From Octopus vulgaris (lineage: Eukaryota): a stretch of DNA of 64,000 bases. Positions 12,066-23,400 of this stretch are shown here, one piece after another. The first letter of the stretch is position 1. Every line of letters starts with the position of its first letter. The translations under genes were made by a program, and so were the position numbers. Under the pieces are notes generated by a model. It saw only the letters and a list, made by a program, of their open reading frames with translations, was not told the origin of the DNA and searched no databases. The stretch lies in contig OX597828.1 of assembly GCA_951406725.2 (NCBI GenBank), positions 29,822,001-29,886,000 of the forward strand. The letters are read 5' to 3'.

Positions 12066-15000
12066 AGAGGAATACTACAAAAAAGGCATGAGAGAGATAA
12101 AGGATTGTTACCATTTGTCACAAAATATATCTCTTTATTTGACAGATTTATCAAAGTTTGGTCAAGGAGGAAGTAAATTTGTCTCATTTTGAAGAACGTC
12201 AAAGAGAGATTTCAGTTTCTCTCAAAATATTTGAATAAGCTTTTAATTGATTGCAGAACCATGTTTCTTATTTCTCTGGGACGGGGTTCATGGTTATCTG
12301 TGCCGGTATTTAAGATCGAGAATGGGGTTTAAGTGTCAGGCCAATATGGTAGGGCACAAAACTTAATTATATGTTACAATATACAAGTTAGCGATTATCA
12401 CATTCATGGCACAGTCCTAGTGTACGGTGAGTGCAGAAATCATTAGAAAGAGTTTAGGGTCTCCTATTAAGGCATTTATGACAAACCAGTCTTCTTCTTT
12501 TTCTTGTCCAATGTTTGGACGCAAGTTGTGTGGATGATGGTGGTGGTGCAAACCATGTAGGTACATAAAGAGACTTGATCTTGGTACACGGGAGTAGTCA
12601 ACAAAACATAGATGTTTTGTACAATTTTCTCTACACATTACAATTTCTTATCCATGATGGCTACAAAGGTTATTAAATTCTAAACTTCAATTGCAAAATA
12701 GAAAAAAACCCAATTAAATTATAGAATTGAATGTAGAAAAGTAAAGGGAAACTGATTAGTTTAGTAAAACTTAATAGAAGAAAATGCCCCCTCCCCCAAC
12801 TACTCTAATAAATAATTTTGAATTTAGCGACAAGTGTAGTAGCGAAGCGACGATTATACGAAGACAAACACTGACATTTTGATCAGTTAAATCTTCTTTT
12901 AATACGAACTGAACGTACGGAATATTTATAGCTATCACAGTTACAAAAATAAACTACGAGGGCAAATTCTGTAAAACCAAACAATACGTATTTCTTTATC
13001 ATGCGCAGTAAGCTGGGAGAGAGAGCAAAGAGAGAATTATAGTTTCTGAAAAGACGAAAGTGCCGTGAAATTTCTATCACTTGGAACATGCAAGTGTTAT
13101 AATAGAATCTGCTGCATCATCCAAGAATCAGTCCAAAACAGCCTGAAACTTGTTCAACATTGCATATGACAAAGATATTCCCCCAAACGCTGTTGTTAAC
13201 AATTTCAATACTTATTTATTCTAAATGAAGTGTTAGTGCACATTTTCAAGCCTCAGTATCTTTCTGATTATTATCCATGACAGGCGTTTTATTGCCACAA
13301 GTCATTCGATTTCCAGCTCGTGCTATTTCAATTCTAGGTAAATTCATTAAATGACCTAACCTGCACTCCCTAAACAGAAAGAATTACCAGAAGAATTCCA
13401 GTGAAACTAAAATCACACTGTTAATCAATATGGTGATAGTATAACATTGTAAGAAAACTGGAAATGACTTCAAAGTATGAAGAATCAATTAAAAGAAACA
13501 CGAATGAGATGTTTAAAATTACTGTTAACTTCAATGAATTAAGTTACAACACATGACTAGATAATGGATTCTGTATGTGAGGATCTGGGGTTAATGCACG
13601 GAACGCGCAGCACGTTAAGGCCTTAAACATTTCATGTTGTCTTACTCTATCACTGAAAATGAATACCAGCTGCAGTTGGTGGATAAGGCACAACGGAATC
13701 TCGGCCATCTTAATCCATATAATTTCGACCGAATGAATAAGTTAGTTTCCAGATTAGAGAAAATACATTAGAATGTGAAACAGAAAAAATCAGTAGGGGT
13801 GGGCCATTTAGCTGAAAATTCAACAGAGGTCGCGGTATTTTCCCCGTCAGTATCTCATCAACATTAATGTTTATAATTTCTCGTATCCCGTTCTTGTTTG
13901 AACGAAAACTGTTTAAATCTTTATATAATCCTGTCATAAAATATTTAAGCACTTCTTATTCTTGGATTACGTAAAGCTAGGTGACAAAACAGAAAAAGAA
14001 GGAGAGAGAGAGAGAAAGAAAGAGCGAGGTGGGCTGTTTTCAATACTGTTTTCAGCAACACCATCGTGCTGGAATCCGGTGTTTTCAAATATGAGGTCCA
14101 TGAGATGAAGGAATGGCAAAATAAATTGACTGAACTTGCAGAAGATAATTATGGAAGACTATTATAAATTATGATAATAAACGACCGGGTGTTTTGGAAT
14201 CTGAGGAATAAAAGAAGAAAGGGGAACAAAGTTATCTAAACAAGAAAATTGCTGTGAATGTGCTTAGCCATATTCGTACAATTAGATGTTGGCAAAGTAT
14301 ATTTGAACAGGGGAAATGTAGGGTCCTCGCGAAATGGGGAAAGAAAGAAAAAGAAAACTGAACGCCTCACAGTCGGAAAGTAGTGATGTGAGCAGTATAA
14401 GTTCGAGGGTAAATATTGTTTATCAAATAACTGATGAGTCATATGGGGTGTAGTCATTCAATCAGCTAACGAAGCAAGTTTCAAAGTGAATAATATCGTT
14501 TGATATTAGCTGCCAAGGTTCTAGCAACCATAATGAGATACATAAAGAAGAACACGGAACACAATGTCACAGCTCCATAAAGGAAGTGTGGTGGAAAAGG
14601 AGGGCCGGTTGCTTATGTACTCCTTGAAAGTCAGATTCTATGTGGCTGAAGATTAACCCCCATTGTTTTTGGTGTGCCTGATGGACGCTATAAAAATCTG
14701 AAAAATATTTAATATTGATATTTTGATGTGAAAATAGGCATTGCAGTTGAATGGTTTCAGCATTAGGCGCAGAAGGCACATATCGCCGCGTGATAACTGA
14801 GTTTGTGTGTATGAAGTCCCAGCATTTGGATATTCACAATTATAAAATCGTATAAAGATATGAATATCTGCGAACACTTCTAGACATTTCTAATAAAAAG
14901 CTAGTTTGATTACCCTGGGAATGTCGTTATTCTAATCTTTAATAATACAGCAATGTCATATAACAGTAAAGATGCGTGAAATATTCAGAGAAAGCAACCT

Positions 15001-15623
15001 CTCAATGTGTGAATGATGTAATGTGGTCCCCATTCATAATTGTTGACATTTCACTTGGTGTATTTTGTTCATGTATTCCCACAAGCTCGTTGTGTCTTGG
15101 CAAAGAAAACCAGCTATGCAAATGTTAAAGAATGGCAGCTGTGCAAGTGGGTGACGAATTGGACTGACGACGAAAGTGTTCATGATTCATATTTGGTTAA
15201 TTGTTGCTAGATTCCTGTGCCTTTCTAAATGCTTGAGCTATTTCAGACACAGTCGAATCACTTGTAAATACATACCCTAATGGCGTACACTTCACTACAA
15301 TAATCAGTAAGACGGTTAGCATGCGGGAGATTTTCAACACATCTTAGTTAAATCATATAAAAGAGAACCTAATGATGATATACGCCGACAAATATACTAA
15401 AGTGCAGCTAAATAGTACAAATTAAATAGTGCAAAAGTTAATTAGAGCATATATCGTAGGCGAGAAGAAGAATCTCAATGTTTAATTATATATTGATGTA
15501 TTTGGGCAAGTCTATGTCTCTATTATGAGACAATTGCAAAAAATATTTTTTTTAAATTCCAAACTCTACAAGATCCGGTACAAGATCTTCATCGTCCAAA
15601 ACGTTGCTTGCTTTTTACTCAAC

Positions 15624-15669
<46 letters not shown>

Positions 15670-16587
15670 TTCTAGATGCACAGGCAAAGAATACGCCGCA
15701 GAAGCTTGAAAAGAAGGCTCCTCTCTATAAACTGGATCGCTATAATATAGCGCTGCTTTCACAAGAATTTCATCCAAAGCACCAACACTTATTTTGTACA
15801 TTCGACATTCTGCAAGCACGCCCACACTGGAGCTTATTCGTTTACAGCCTTTCCAACAGGGGTTCTATCAAGTTGCTTACAGAACGATCATCTTAAATAT
15901 TATAAACGCATAAACATAAACACTCAGTTAAATACTTCATATTTTAAACACGTTTATATCCATCATACAAACACGATGTAAATCTCTTTCGCAACAATTT
16001 CTTCTTCATGTTCACCACCGCAAGCATACGCACATCAAGTGGGAAATCAATATCAGTTGCGCCGAATCAATGAGACAACCGGTTCTTAGAATATTGCTTC
16101 ATTGCCCTCAAACAGTGCATGTCAGATAAAGTTACACTAGTCACACTCTCTAATATACGTTTCAATCACACTCTTCCCAGCGATATAATATCTTCCTTGG
16201 AAACACACTTTAATATTTCCAGTTCGTAAGGGCGGCAACCACTGTGACCCGACTGCCTAAACTCATATCAAAATTTAATATAACAAATGGAATGGAGACA
16301 ACTATTAATAATACAACAATCTTCACTAGAACCGAGTTTGCCTTCATTAATAATTAGCGTGTAAAACCAGCTCCACAGGGGAACTATACGTTAATGTGTT
16401 ATTGGTTGTGTGTTGCATTCGAGAAACTTGGTGAAACACTGTTATTGCACTGGACGCCAGCAAACCCAATACCCACCCCGCAAGACATAGATAGATAGAT
16501 ATATAGATAGATAAAAGGGCTGGCGGTTATTTATGTGTGTATGCAGATGTATGTATGTATGTATGTATGTATGAATGTATACAGACA

Positions 16588-16622
<35 letters not shown>

Positions 16623-17514
16623 ATATATATATATATCTATATATCTATATATACATATATACGTATTTATTTATATATATACACATATCCATATACATGT
16701 ATATCTATGTATATACCTATATATGTATATGGCATATGTATAACACACACATGCTCACACACGCGCACATACACGTATATATATATGTGGTAGTAGCACA
16801 CGGCCACAAGCTTATAGAGAAAGGGTTACGGAGGATTGATTTAGTCCAGTTCATGACAGATAATTATTCTATCGATTCCTTAGAGCTGAATGACAAATTC
16901 AACATCGCTAGATCGGAATCCGAAATATATACGAGCAAAAGGATACGGTGTAAGGGATATAGTGATGCGCCAACTATGTGTACCAAACCACCCGTTTTGA
17001 AAAGAAGATAAATTGAAAGGTAAAACATAAAGACGTATGGGATATAGATTTATCTGCAACCGCTTCAGTTCTGTGTATTATAGTTTGCAGTATTGGAAAG
17101 ATGAATATATTACAAAATCGACCTACGCATGTGACATTTTGGAAAAAAGCAAAAACCAAGAATCACAAATATGATTTATGTCTTCAGAAAGATTGTAATC
17201 GATTCACTCATGAAGACATATGTGTATAGAGACTTATGTACAATTCTAGACAAAATTGATTCCAAATATGGGAAGAAGAATTAACCATTCAAGCAAGGGG
17301 ATAGAATTTGAAGTGAATATTTATGGTTTCTATCGACACACGAATGTCCCACACTGTATGTATGGGGAAGACGTCTAACTCATAAAGAACATGAAATTGT
17401 TTGACCAATCAGACACCATAACAAATATTCCTACTGAAAATTAATGAGTAATTGACAGATCAGATACTTGTCACTAGAACTCATTTTTGACTATGTAATA
17501 TCTTATATAATATG

Positions 17515-17713
17515 TTTTTCTACTCCAGGCACAAGGCCTGAAATGTTTGGGGAGGGGCCTGACGATTAGGTCGACCCCAGTGCGCAACTGGTACTTAATT
17601 TATCGACCTCGAAAGGACGAAAGTTAAAGATTACTTCGGCGGAATTTGAAATTAGAACGAAACACCGCTAAGCATTTCGCCCGGCGTGCTAACCTTTCTG
17701 CCTGCTCGCCGTC
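17515..17713 (-). mobile_element. SINE family A, tail type 1
   Basis: Reverse-complement match to the family A body and the GGCCTTGTGCCT tail. Confidence 0.85.
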
Positions 17714-17799
17714 TTTATTTTATATATCATGGCTTTAATGGAATCGTTCTAGGCACATATTATGGCTTTAATGGAGTCGTTCTAATTATAAATTTCTAA

Positions 17800-18275
17800 T
17801 ACAGCATCAGGTTGTCTTCGTCGTAGACGACGACCAAGGGCATCACACGGGCGAAGACGCGGCACGGTACATCCAGCTGAGAACAATCGTTCTTTGCGTG
17901 CCCTAAAGAACCTGCTGTAGGTCCGGCACTGTTTGTCTGCTGGGACTGAAGGTAGAAAGTTGACTTTGGACTTGTGTAGTTCACGTTTTCTTTATGCCAC
18001 CCTAAAATCCTCACCTGTTCGTAGGAAGTGGCACTTCCGTTGGTTCATCTCCGCTAGGTGGGACGATAATATGCTTACATTTTTCACGCATCGCGATTGA
18101 ACTCAGACCTCTTCAGTAAGGCTTTGAGCATGTCCTTTGAGCATGTCCTTGAAGCCATATTTTCTGTCTCATTGCCCTCCATCAGTTCGCTGTAAAACTG
18201 TTTCTCGGGTAGTCGCGTATCAGGCATTCGAACGAGTTGGCCTGTCCGGCTGACTTGCACAAAGTTACGCATTTC
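17800..18275 (-). mobile_element. Decayed RTE-clade LINE 3' fragment
   Basis: Translation TGQLVRMPDTRLPEKQFYSELMEG resembles the RTE C-terminal motif WxGHxxRMxDxRLPKxxFYxEL. Confidence 0.65.
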
Positions 18276-18401
18276 TGGAAGTGGATTATATTGATCCCAT
18301 CAGTTCTTGATTACCTAATTTATTTACACTTGAATGATGAAAAGTAAAAGTAACGTGAGTAAGGTTTGGATTTTGATCGTAGATCACATGGATTAGTACA
18401 T

Positions 18402-18441
18402 AGGCGCAGGAGTGGCTGTGTGGTAAGTAGCTTGCTAACCA
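18402..18441 (+). mobile_element. SINE family B 5' head, split by an insertion (continues at 20663)
   Basis: AGGCGCAGGAGTGGCTGTGTGGTAAGTAGCTTGCTAACCA; the uninterrupted copy at 34927-35377 (-) continues directly into ACCACATGGTTCCGGG. Confidence 0.92.
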
Positions 18442-19123
18442 GACATGCGCAGTTAGTCGGTTGCTTCTTGTTGAGCTAGAGTGGACGTGAGTCCAACTAA
18501 AGAAAAAAGACCAAAAACGGAAAGTTGTCGAGGTAAGTGATTTTGTTTATTGTGAGTTGGGCATAATTTATTGCGTGCCAATTATTATTTCAGTAGGTTG
18601 TGTCCAACTCTGAGACAATTTCGCCTGCGCTAGGCGGCTGCCGTTTTTGTGTTCATTGAAAAAAAAAAAAAAAAAAAACAGTGGAGGGGCGTATACTCAG
18701 GATTCAATACAGTTACTGTTAAAATTACCGTTGGCAGTAACCAGTGCTGTGTTTGAGTTTGCTGAATTTATTCCCTTGTCAGAGTACTTCGCAAGAAAAG
18801 TATAAAAATAAGCCACTATTGGATTACCTTTCGGACCCATTTTTGTGGAGGTTGTGTTGCAGTTGCGGCGTTCCAGGTTCAACCCAGGCCGGGAGTACCG
18901 CAGAATATTTTTGCTGTGTTTTTTCTGTTTATTAACTTTCTTTTGAACTTCATTTACCCCCCCCCCCCTTTTGTTTTTTCTTTATTGCGACTTTCCGTTA
19001 ATTTCTTCCCTTCTGTTGTGCTTTCTCCTTTTTGTTTTTTCAAAAATCTATCAAATTTATTTAGACTTTTGAACTTTTTTCTTCCTGCTTTTGAGTCTAA
19101 TTTGAATATATTTTTTAAAAAAC

Positions 19124-20366
19124 ATGGCAATGAAAAATAACAAAGTTTTGGAGTGGGAAATCATACCACCCAAAAAGTGGTTGAAGGACCGTGAAGATAG
19201 GACGGTGGTGTTGAGAACCTACTCCAAGGCACTTGACACCATCGCCCTATTCGAAAAAACGGCAATTGAGGAGGAGTTGGAGGAGTATTTGCCAACAATT
19301 AAATTCATTTCCAGGGGTGTCAAATATGGAACGGTGTGGTTGCTGTTTGACACCCCTGAAGAGGCTTGCAAATTTGCTAGCGAACCCTTGGAGGGTAAGG
19401 AAATCTTATTCCTGCCCACTTACAAAAAAAGAAATTAATGAAAGCTTGGATCTGCGGACTGCCACCCGACATAGAACCCGAGTGGATAGAGGAGACTATC
19501 CGCCGGGGTCTGGGTGACAGCGAAACTAAGCTCCTCAATGTAAAAGTTCTTCCTGCGGCTGCTTGGGTTGGCTCGAAAGCAGTTTTGACCCTGTGGACCC
19601 AATCAGCCAATCTGGTTTTTCCAGATTTTTTGAAAATGGCCGGGTGCAGGTACCCGGTGATGCTTGAGGGTCGCCCCCTAAGTGTCATCGGTGCTTGGAG
19701 TCCGGCCACATAAAGAAGAACTGTCCTCGGGAACAAAATAGGATCCCGGAACAGTTAAGTAAAACCCCTCTAGAAGAGGGAACGATAACGGCCGAGAAAG
19801 CAGAGGACTCCTCAAGCAGAGGCCGAAAGAGGAAGGTGAGCAACAATGGGTGCTCACCAAAGGATAATAGGGATGAGGAGAGGAGGGCGAATCTTCCAGC
19901 CACGGAGGAGACGCACCCTCCCTCAGTTGAAAAGGGAAAAAAAAAGAAAAAGAGGAAGAAAAACGGGACGTTGCCGGCTGTCAGTGTGGCACCGGAATGT
20001 CGCGGAACTACGTCGGTTGGGGTTGTGCCACCGACAAGAGAAGGAATACCGTTGGCGGAAACTGTGCCGCCAACGAAAGAACTGAATGTATTGGTCCTCT
20101 TCTATAGAGGAGGAGAAATTGAAAAAGTGATGGAAGAGCACTACAAGGGAGCACCTTTAGCATTCACACAGGACCCCGAATGGCCTCCGCAGGTAGCTGT
20201 GGAGGCCGTGGCGTTCGACGTGACGCTAGGGCTAAAGGAGCTCAATGAAGACTATAACTTGGTCCCGGGCGACGCGAACTCGGAACTTGACTACGTTCTG
20301 AGGGAGGCGTGGTTGATGGTGGAGGGCGCGGGCACAAGCTATTTCGAGGACGATATGTATTATTAG
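19124..20366 (+). CDS. L1/Tx1-type ORF1 (gag-like CCHC zinc-knuckle protein), ~414 aa, broken by two 1-nt homopolymer frameshifts
   Basis: Joins supplied ORFs 19124-19438, 19438-19713 and 19695-20366 through shifts at A7 (19424-19430) and C5 (19674-19678). Reconstructs ...KAWICGLPPDI...YPVMLEGRPPKCHRCLESGHIKKNCP (CX2CX4HX4C), then a basic KGKKKKKRKK patch. Confidence 0.75.
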
Positions 20367-20492
20367 TAATGGACTTAAGTCCAAAAATTGAAAAATTGTA
20401 AGAGGATTAATACCTCGTTTTGTATTAATAATGGACTGCTAAGCCCAAAATTGGAAAAATTGTAAGAGGTTTAATACCTCGTTTTGTGTTAA
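20367..20492 (+). repeat. Two tandem ~63-bp units in the 3'UTR of the ORF1-only element
   Basis: TAATGGACT...AAAAATTGTAAGAGGWTTAATACCTCGTTTTGTRTTAA at 20367-20428 and 20429-20492. Confidence 0.9.
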
Positions 20493-20662
20493 TCTTTTTA
20501 AAAAGAACAATGTTTTAGAGAAGCAAAAGTCGGCGGGCGCTTTCTGTCTTCTCCCATCCTTATCATCTTTCTTTCATTATCATTCACCTCATTAATGTCC
20601 TCGTCCAGACCGCAAAGCTAACTTAATCTGTGTACTGCCTTTATGGCAAATGTTTTGAAATA

Positions 20663-21048
20663 AAGTAGCTTGCTAACCAACCACATGGTTCCGGGTTCAG
20701 TCCCACTGCGTGGAATCTTGGGCAAGTGTCTTCTACTGTAGCCCCGGGCCGACCAATGCCTTGTGAGTGGATTTGGTAGACGGAAACTGAAAGAAGCCTG
20801 TCGTATATATGTACATATATATGTGTATGTGTGTTTGTGTGTCTGTGTTTGTCCCCCCAACATCGCTTGACAACCGATGCTGGTGTGTTTACGTCCCCGT
20901 CATTTAGCGGTTCGGCAAAAGAGTCCGATAGAATAAGTACTGGGCTTACAAAAGAATAAGTCCCGGGGTCGAATTGCTCGACTAAAGGCGGTGCTCCAGC
21001 ATGGCCGCAGTCAAATGACTGAAACAAGTAAAAGAGTAAATGAGTAAA
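20663..21048 (+). mobile_element. SINE family B, remainder of the split copy
   Basis: CCACATGGTTCCGGGTTCAGTCCCACTGCG...CTTGGGCAAGTGTC (CORE-like)...GAAACAAGTAAAAGAGTAAA. Confidence 0.92.
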
Positions 21049-21166
21049 GCATTTTATCCTCCACTTTCTCAATTCTACCATTTCTGCTTCTCCCCCCAAA
21101 AGTGTGATCTGTTGTGTGCGACTGAAATAAATACTATTCGCCGTTTCGTAAGTATTTCTCAATTGA

Positions 21167-21617
21167 GTTTATCACTATATTGTGATTGCACTAACGTTTG
21201 ATTTTACGTGTTTATTGAATCGAGGAAAAGTTCCCCTCCACTATGTGATCTAAATGTTGCACTGCATGTTATACCTTGCTGTTGTTAAAAAATAAACAAA
21301 ATACCACGTCACTGACTTTACCTCGGAGAAAATAATAAAACAGCTGTTTATTCATTTTGGGAGTGAACGGAGTTGTCAGAACGCTGGTTTGTAATCTATT
21401 AATAAAGTTTGACTGACCTATCCAACTGTTTTGTTGACATTCCTTTCAGCGCAGCTCCATCTAATGGATGCATAACGTAACCCCAGCCTCTACTGTAGCG
21501 TCTATTCTATGCGCCTTATAATGCGGTGCGTCTTATATATGGACAAAGTTTTAAAATAGGTCATTCATTGAAGGTGCGCCTTATAATCCGGTGCGCCTTA
21601 TAGTGCGGAAAATACGG
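21167..21617 (+). mobile_element. One end of a pogo/Tc2-type DNA transposon (non-coding; orientation assumed)
   Basis: Ends ...GGTGCGCCTTATAATCCGGTGCGCCTTATAGTGCGGAAAATACGG followed by TA. Four subterminal TGCGYCTTATA repeats. CCGTA terminus plus TA target is typical of pogo-like elements. Confidence 0.8.
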
Positions 21618-21863
21618 TAATTAACATAAGCCACTTATGTTGAAAAGTATATGATTTGTCAATTGCCGTATGTGATAGCATATAAGACGCAGTTTCTTTC
21701 TCTCCAAAAGTTTGCCTAAAATATCACTCCGGGTCCTATATACGACAGTGCGTCCTGCATAAGCTTTAATTCATTAAAAACTAGTTTTCCTGAATATGCG
21801 CTGCGACAATTTAGGTACAACTGATGGATTTGTGAGTCTTTAGTGACATCGATTACGGCACTC

Positions 21864-22040
21864 TATTTCTTTACTACCCACAAGGGGCTAAACACAGAGG
21901 GGAAAAACAAGGACAGACAAACGGTTTAAATCGATTACATCGACCCCAGTGCGTAAGTGGTACTTAATTTATCGACCCCGAAAGGATGAAAGGTAAAGTC
22001 GACCTCGGCGGAATTTGAACTCAGAACGTAACGGCAGACG
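21864..22040 (-). mobile_element. SINE family A, tail type 2, 5'-truncated
   Basis: Minus strand: CGTCTGCCGTTACGTTCTGAG...CCCCTCTGTGTTTAGCCCCTTGTGGGTAGTAAAGAAATA. Confidence 0.85.
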
Positions 22041-22239
22041 GCCGTGAGGGCGTGGTACGATTAAGTTATATTTTAGCGTGTTAGACGTGTTGATCTCAGA
22101 CACACTGTGACGCTATTACTGTGATACATACATAAGCATCTATTTAGTGTGGCACCCCTGATACAATGGCTAATTTTCGCCCTCCTCAGCTGATCGTATA
22201 CTGCTAGTAGGTAAAGCAGTGTGTATCAAATTATTGATA

Positions 22240-22414
22240 TTGTTGTTTTTAACGTGTACTTAAGAATTTCGCTTTTCAACCACGTGCTTTCGATTTCATC
22301 CACCCTGGGTGGCACATTGGGCAAGTGTGTTCCACGACAGTCGGACTGACCAATAACTTGGGAGCGAATTTGGTAGACGAAAACTTTGAAGAAATCCGTC
22401 GTCACTATATTTAT

Positions 22415-22473
<59 letters not shown>

Positions 22474-22895
22474 TACATATACATATGTATGTGTGTGTTT
22501 GGGTTTGAGTTGTGAGTGCCCCCATCCAAACTTAATATTCAGTACAGTTCTATTTTGAAGAGATGAGGAATTATGTACGTTATTTACATTTTACGGATAT
22601 TTGTCCTCATCTTGTTTGTTTATTAACACAACCTGATGAAGGCTGGAGGGTATATCAACCAAAACGTTGTGTTAACAACAAAGAAGATGAGGACAAATAT
22701 CCGTCAAATGTAAATAATGTAAATAACGTCAGTATTGATTTGTTTACGCCTCCATAACTTATCGGTCCAGCAAAAGATCCGATAAACTAGGCACCACACT
22801 TTAAAAAGTACTAAGATCGATTTGTTCTACCAAACACTACAATTCATTGTTCTAGCATGGCTGCTTTCAATGATTTAAGCAAGTAAAAGGTAAAA
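22240..22895 (+). mobile_element. Old SINE family B copy interrupted by a palindromic insertion (22545-22728)
   Basis: TTGGGCAAGTGTG...TTTGGTAGACGAAAACT before the insert; TGTTTACGCCTCC...CTAGCATGG after it. Confidence 0.65.
22545..22728. mobile_element. Palindromic Penelope-like terminal-repeat remnant with a hammerhead-like core
   Basis: Imperfect arms 22571-22632 and 22666-22726 enclose CTGATGA-AGGCTG...CAACC-AAAAC; possible TSD TCAGTA at 22539 and 22729. Confidence 0.6.
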
Positions 22896-23084
22896 GAATG
22901 AGAAATTAGAGAATGATGTTCGAAGAAAAGATTTAGGGAAAATGATTTATAAGAACAGTTTTAGCATGTCGTTTTATTGGGAGCGATACATATAAGGGAC
23001 AGCGCCAAAAAACTATTCACACAATTGCAGTAAAATTCTAGTAAATTCGGTTTATGTATTATTTTATCCATATTGTATACGCGC

Positions 23085-23172
23085 ATCCACATCATCGTAT
23101 CCTCATCACCACAACTGCCTTCCTCTCCTCCACCTCCTCCTCCTCATCATCATCGTCGTCATCCTCATCACT

Positions 23173-23222
<50 letters not shown>

Positions 23223-23400
23223 AACCACAATCAGTGCTACTGCCCCCACAGCTACTGCATGCACCCTCACCATCACAAAAACAGTCAACATCACTCCTGC
23301 ACAACTGAACCACCAACGCCTATAACACCACCACCACCACCACCACCACCACTACCAGCACCACCAGCACCACCACCACTACTACCAGTACCACTATGAT
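23085..23400. repeat. (CAT)n/(CCT)n/(CAC)n trinucleotide tract
   Basis: Seen directly. Confidence 0.9.

Larger units (their letters stand above)
18442..20662 (+). mobile_element. ORF1-only (HAL1-like) non-autonomous retroposon with 17-bp TSD
   Basis: Perfect direct repeat AAGTAGCTTGCTAACCA at 18425-18441 and 20663-20679. ~680-bp 5'UTR, one gag-knuckle ORF, ~300-bp 3'UTR ending TTTTGAAATAAA. No RT, no LTR, no TIR. Confidence 0.8.

Noticed and set aside
14431-14490. CTGATGAG hammerhead-like word
   Set aside because: No stem II and no correctly placed GAAA.
18402-18441. tRNA genes at SINE heads (A and B boxes)
   Set aside because: No complete cloverleaf; the heads continue into SINE bodies.
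18442-20662. LTR retrotransposon or DNA transposon explanation for the gag-knuckle element
   Set aside because: No LTRs, PBS, TIRs or pol; a 17-bp TSD and AATAAA end fit target-primed retroposition.
20641-21162. 173-aa minus-strand ORF, and similar peptides at 11836, 34885 and 35099
   Set aside because: Antisense translation of SINE B; the FDCGHAGAPP peptide recurs wherever the SINE does.
23073-23399. His/Pro-rich 108-aa ORF
   Set aside because: Entirely (CAT)n/(CAC)n repeat with a TTG start and no splice or domain support.
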